Under the pieces are notes generated by a model. It saw nothing but the letters and a program-made list of their open reading frames with translations, was not told the origin of the DNA and did no database searches. A program made the translations under genes and the position numbers. Below are positions 55,321-56,468 of a stretch of DNA of 56,468 nt, one piece after another (position 1 is the stretch's first letter; each line of letters starts with the position of its first letter). The stretch covers positions 1 to 56,468 of the forward strand of contig JABLTG010000133.1 of the NCBI GenBank assembly GCA_016618085.1. Reading direction: 5' to 3'. This DNA comes from Neovahlkampfia damariscottae (lineage: Eukaryota).

Positions 55321-55936
55321 ATGTCAGAAGAAAAACAAGACGAAGGGTATGTTGTTCCAAAAAAAGTTGATATGGATGAACTTGCTAAAATGGATTCCGA
55401 AGATGAATCACTTGCAAGATACAAACAACAACTTCTTGGAAAAGCTTTAGAAAAACAAGAATTTGATGACGATAGAAGAGTTATTATTGTTTCATTTGGA
55501 TTAAACTTCCCAAACAAAGAACGTGAAGATCTTCTTTTTCCTTTAGATACACCAGAAAAACTTGCTGCCCTCAAAGCAAATCCAATTGTTGTTAAAGAAG
55601 GAACTGATTATGTTTTTGAATGTAAATTCAAAGTTTATCATGATATTATTTCTGCTCTTAAATTTGTTAACACTGTTTCAAGAGGTGGTATTAAATTGGA
55701 AAAAAAATCTCACATGATGGGATCTTATGGACCAAACGCAAAAGATATTAATTCATGGAAATCACCAACTTTCACTGCTCCTGCTGGTATGTTAGCTAGA
55801 GGAACATATAAAGGTTTAACACAAGTAAAAAAAAAAAAAAATTTAACACAAACTTTTTTAGTTCATTGATGACGATGGTGCTAAACATTTAGAATTTGAT
55901 TACTCTCTTACAATCGCTAAAGAATGGAAAGAATAA
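55321..55936 (+). CDS. RhoGDI: Rho GDP-dissociation inhibitor
   Basis: DSEDESLARYKQQLLG, VKEG, MMGSYGP, APAGMLARGTY, F.DDD...LEF.Y...I.KEW; one intron. Confidence 0.95.
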
Positions 55937-56020
55937 ATTTATATTAGAAAAAATATTTATTTTTTTTTTGAATAAATCTTTTTGATCGGAGTTTTGTTTT
56001 TTATTGTTTACTACATTGTC

Positions 56021-56123
56021 CCGCTATCTTAAAACTGACTTTTCTGTTCATTCTGATTAATCAAGGTTTCTTTCGGGATAGGACCGTCGCCAGCAGTACT
56101 AGCAGTTTTTGGATTTCCAATAA
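56021..56123 (-). ncRNA. Putative Fanzor omegaRNA scaffold / element right end, overlapping the last codons of the Fanzor ORF
   Basis: Lies at the 3' end of the Fanzor ORF. Its boundary is defined by the second copy at 20608-20710. Predicted hairpins and a 3' pseudoknot. Confidence 0.75.
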
Positions 56124-56468
56124 AATTTTGTATATTCATCAGAAATTTATTTCTTGCTCCATTATAATCTCTTGGAAGAGAAAAATTACAATATTTACAA
56201 TTGAAATAATCTTTTTTTCCAAGTTTCCAATCTATTTTTCCACATGATCCACATGTACAACTGGTATAATGTTCTGAAACTTCATGTACTTGAACAGAAT
56301 CTTTTTGAGCAAGATGTTTTAATGTTTGACAAAATTGAAAATGAGACCAATGAAGCATTTTTCTCACTGTTGTACTATGAATTTTTCTTTCCCATTTTTT
56401 AATCATTCCTTTGACTGGAAATTTTGAAATCAAAATTTCATCATTATTTTCACAAAGATCTTTGGAAA
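56029..56468 (-). CDS. Fanzor2 (IS607-TnpB-derived RNA-guided endonuclease), C-terminal part, 5' truncated by window
   Basis: Frame is open to the window edge: LCENNDEILI.KF...M.KK..RKI...TVRKMLHWSHFQF...VSEHYTSCTCGSCG...FNCKYC...RDYNGARN. This gives the shifted RuvC-II Glu, a Zn ribbon and the RuvC-III Asp. Confidence 0.92.
   Translation of the reverse strand, partial: SKDLCENNDEILISKFPVKGMIKKWERKIHSTTVRKMLHWSHFQFCQTLKHLAQKDSVQVHEVSEHYTSCTCGSCGKIDWKLGKKDYFNCKYCNFSLPRDYNGARNKFLMNIQNFIGNPKTASTAGDGPIPKETLINQNEQKSQF

Overview
Very AT-rich, gene-dense genomic DNA from a microbial eukaryote. It has short (~30-50 nt) GT-AG introns, tiny intergenic spaces and a CCAAT box just upstream of most start codons. 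The gene repertoire resembles heterolobosean (Naegleria-like) amoebae, which is an inference only. Housekeeping genes include two tandem PIG-W/GWT1 copies, SHMT, DUSP12/YVH1, proteasome alpha5, a peroxisomal ABCD transporter, LeuRS, mitoribosomal L12/S16/mL53, VPS29, a cytochrome P450, LSG1 and RhoGDI. The main highlight is the 3' end of a Fanzor2 (eukaryotic TnpB-like RNA-guided nuclease) gene at the right edge. Its 103-bp right end, the putative omegaRNA scaffold, recurs about 35 kb away (20608-20710) as a stand-alone copy with no protein gene, a different flanking guide and only stem-preserving substitutions. Also notable are a transposase-less TIR element carrying a coiled-coil/RxxxxH cargo ORF, a Crinkler-type NTPase-REase gene, an acidic histone-H3-fold protein, a probably inactive myosin fused to an RRM, a lipin-F-box-peptidase fusion, a divergent G-alpha-DEP gene head-to-head with a thioredoxin-RGS gene, and bacterial-like cyclase and HD-hydrolase genes. 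All family calls come from motif recognition by eye; no database searches were run.
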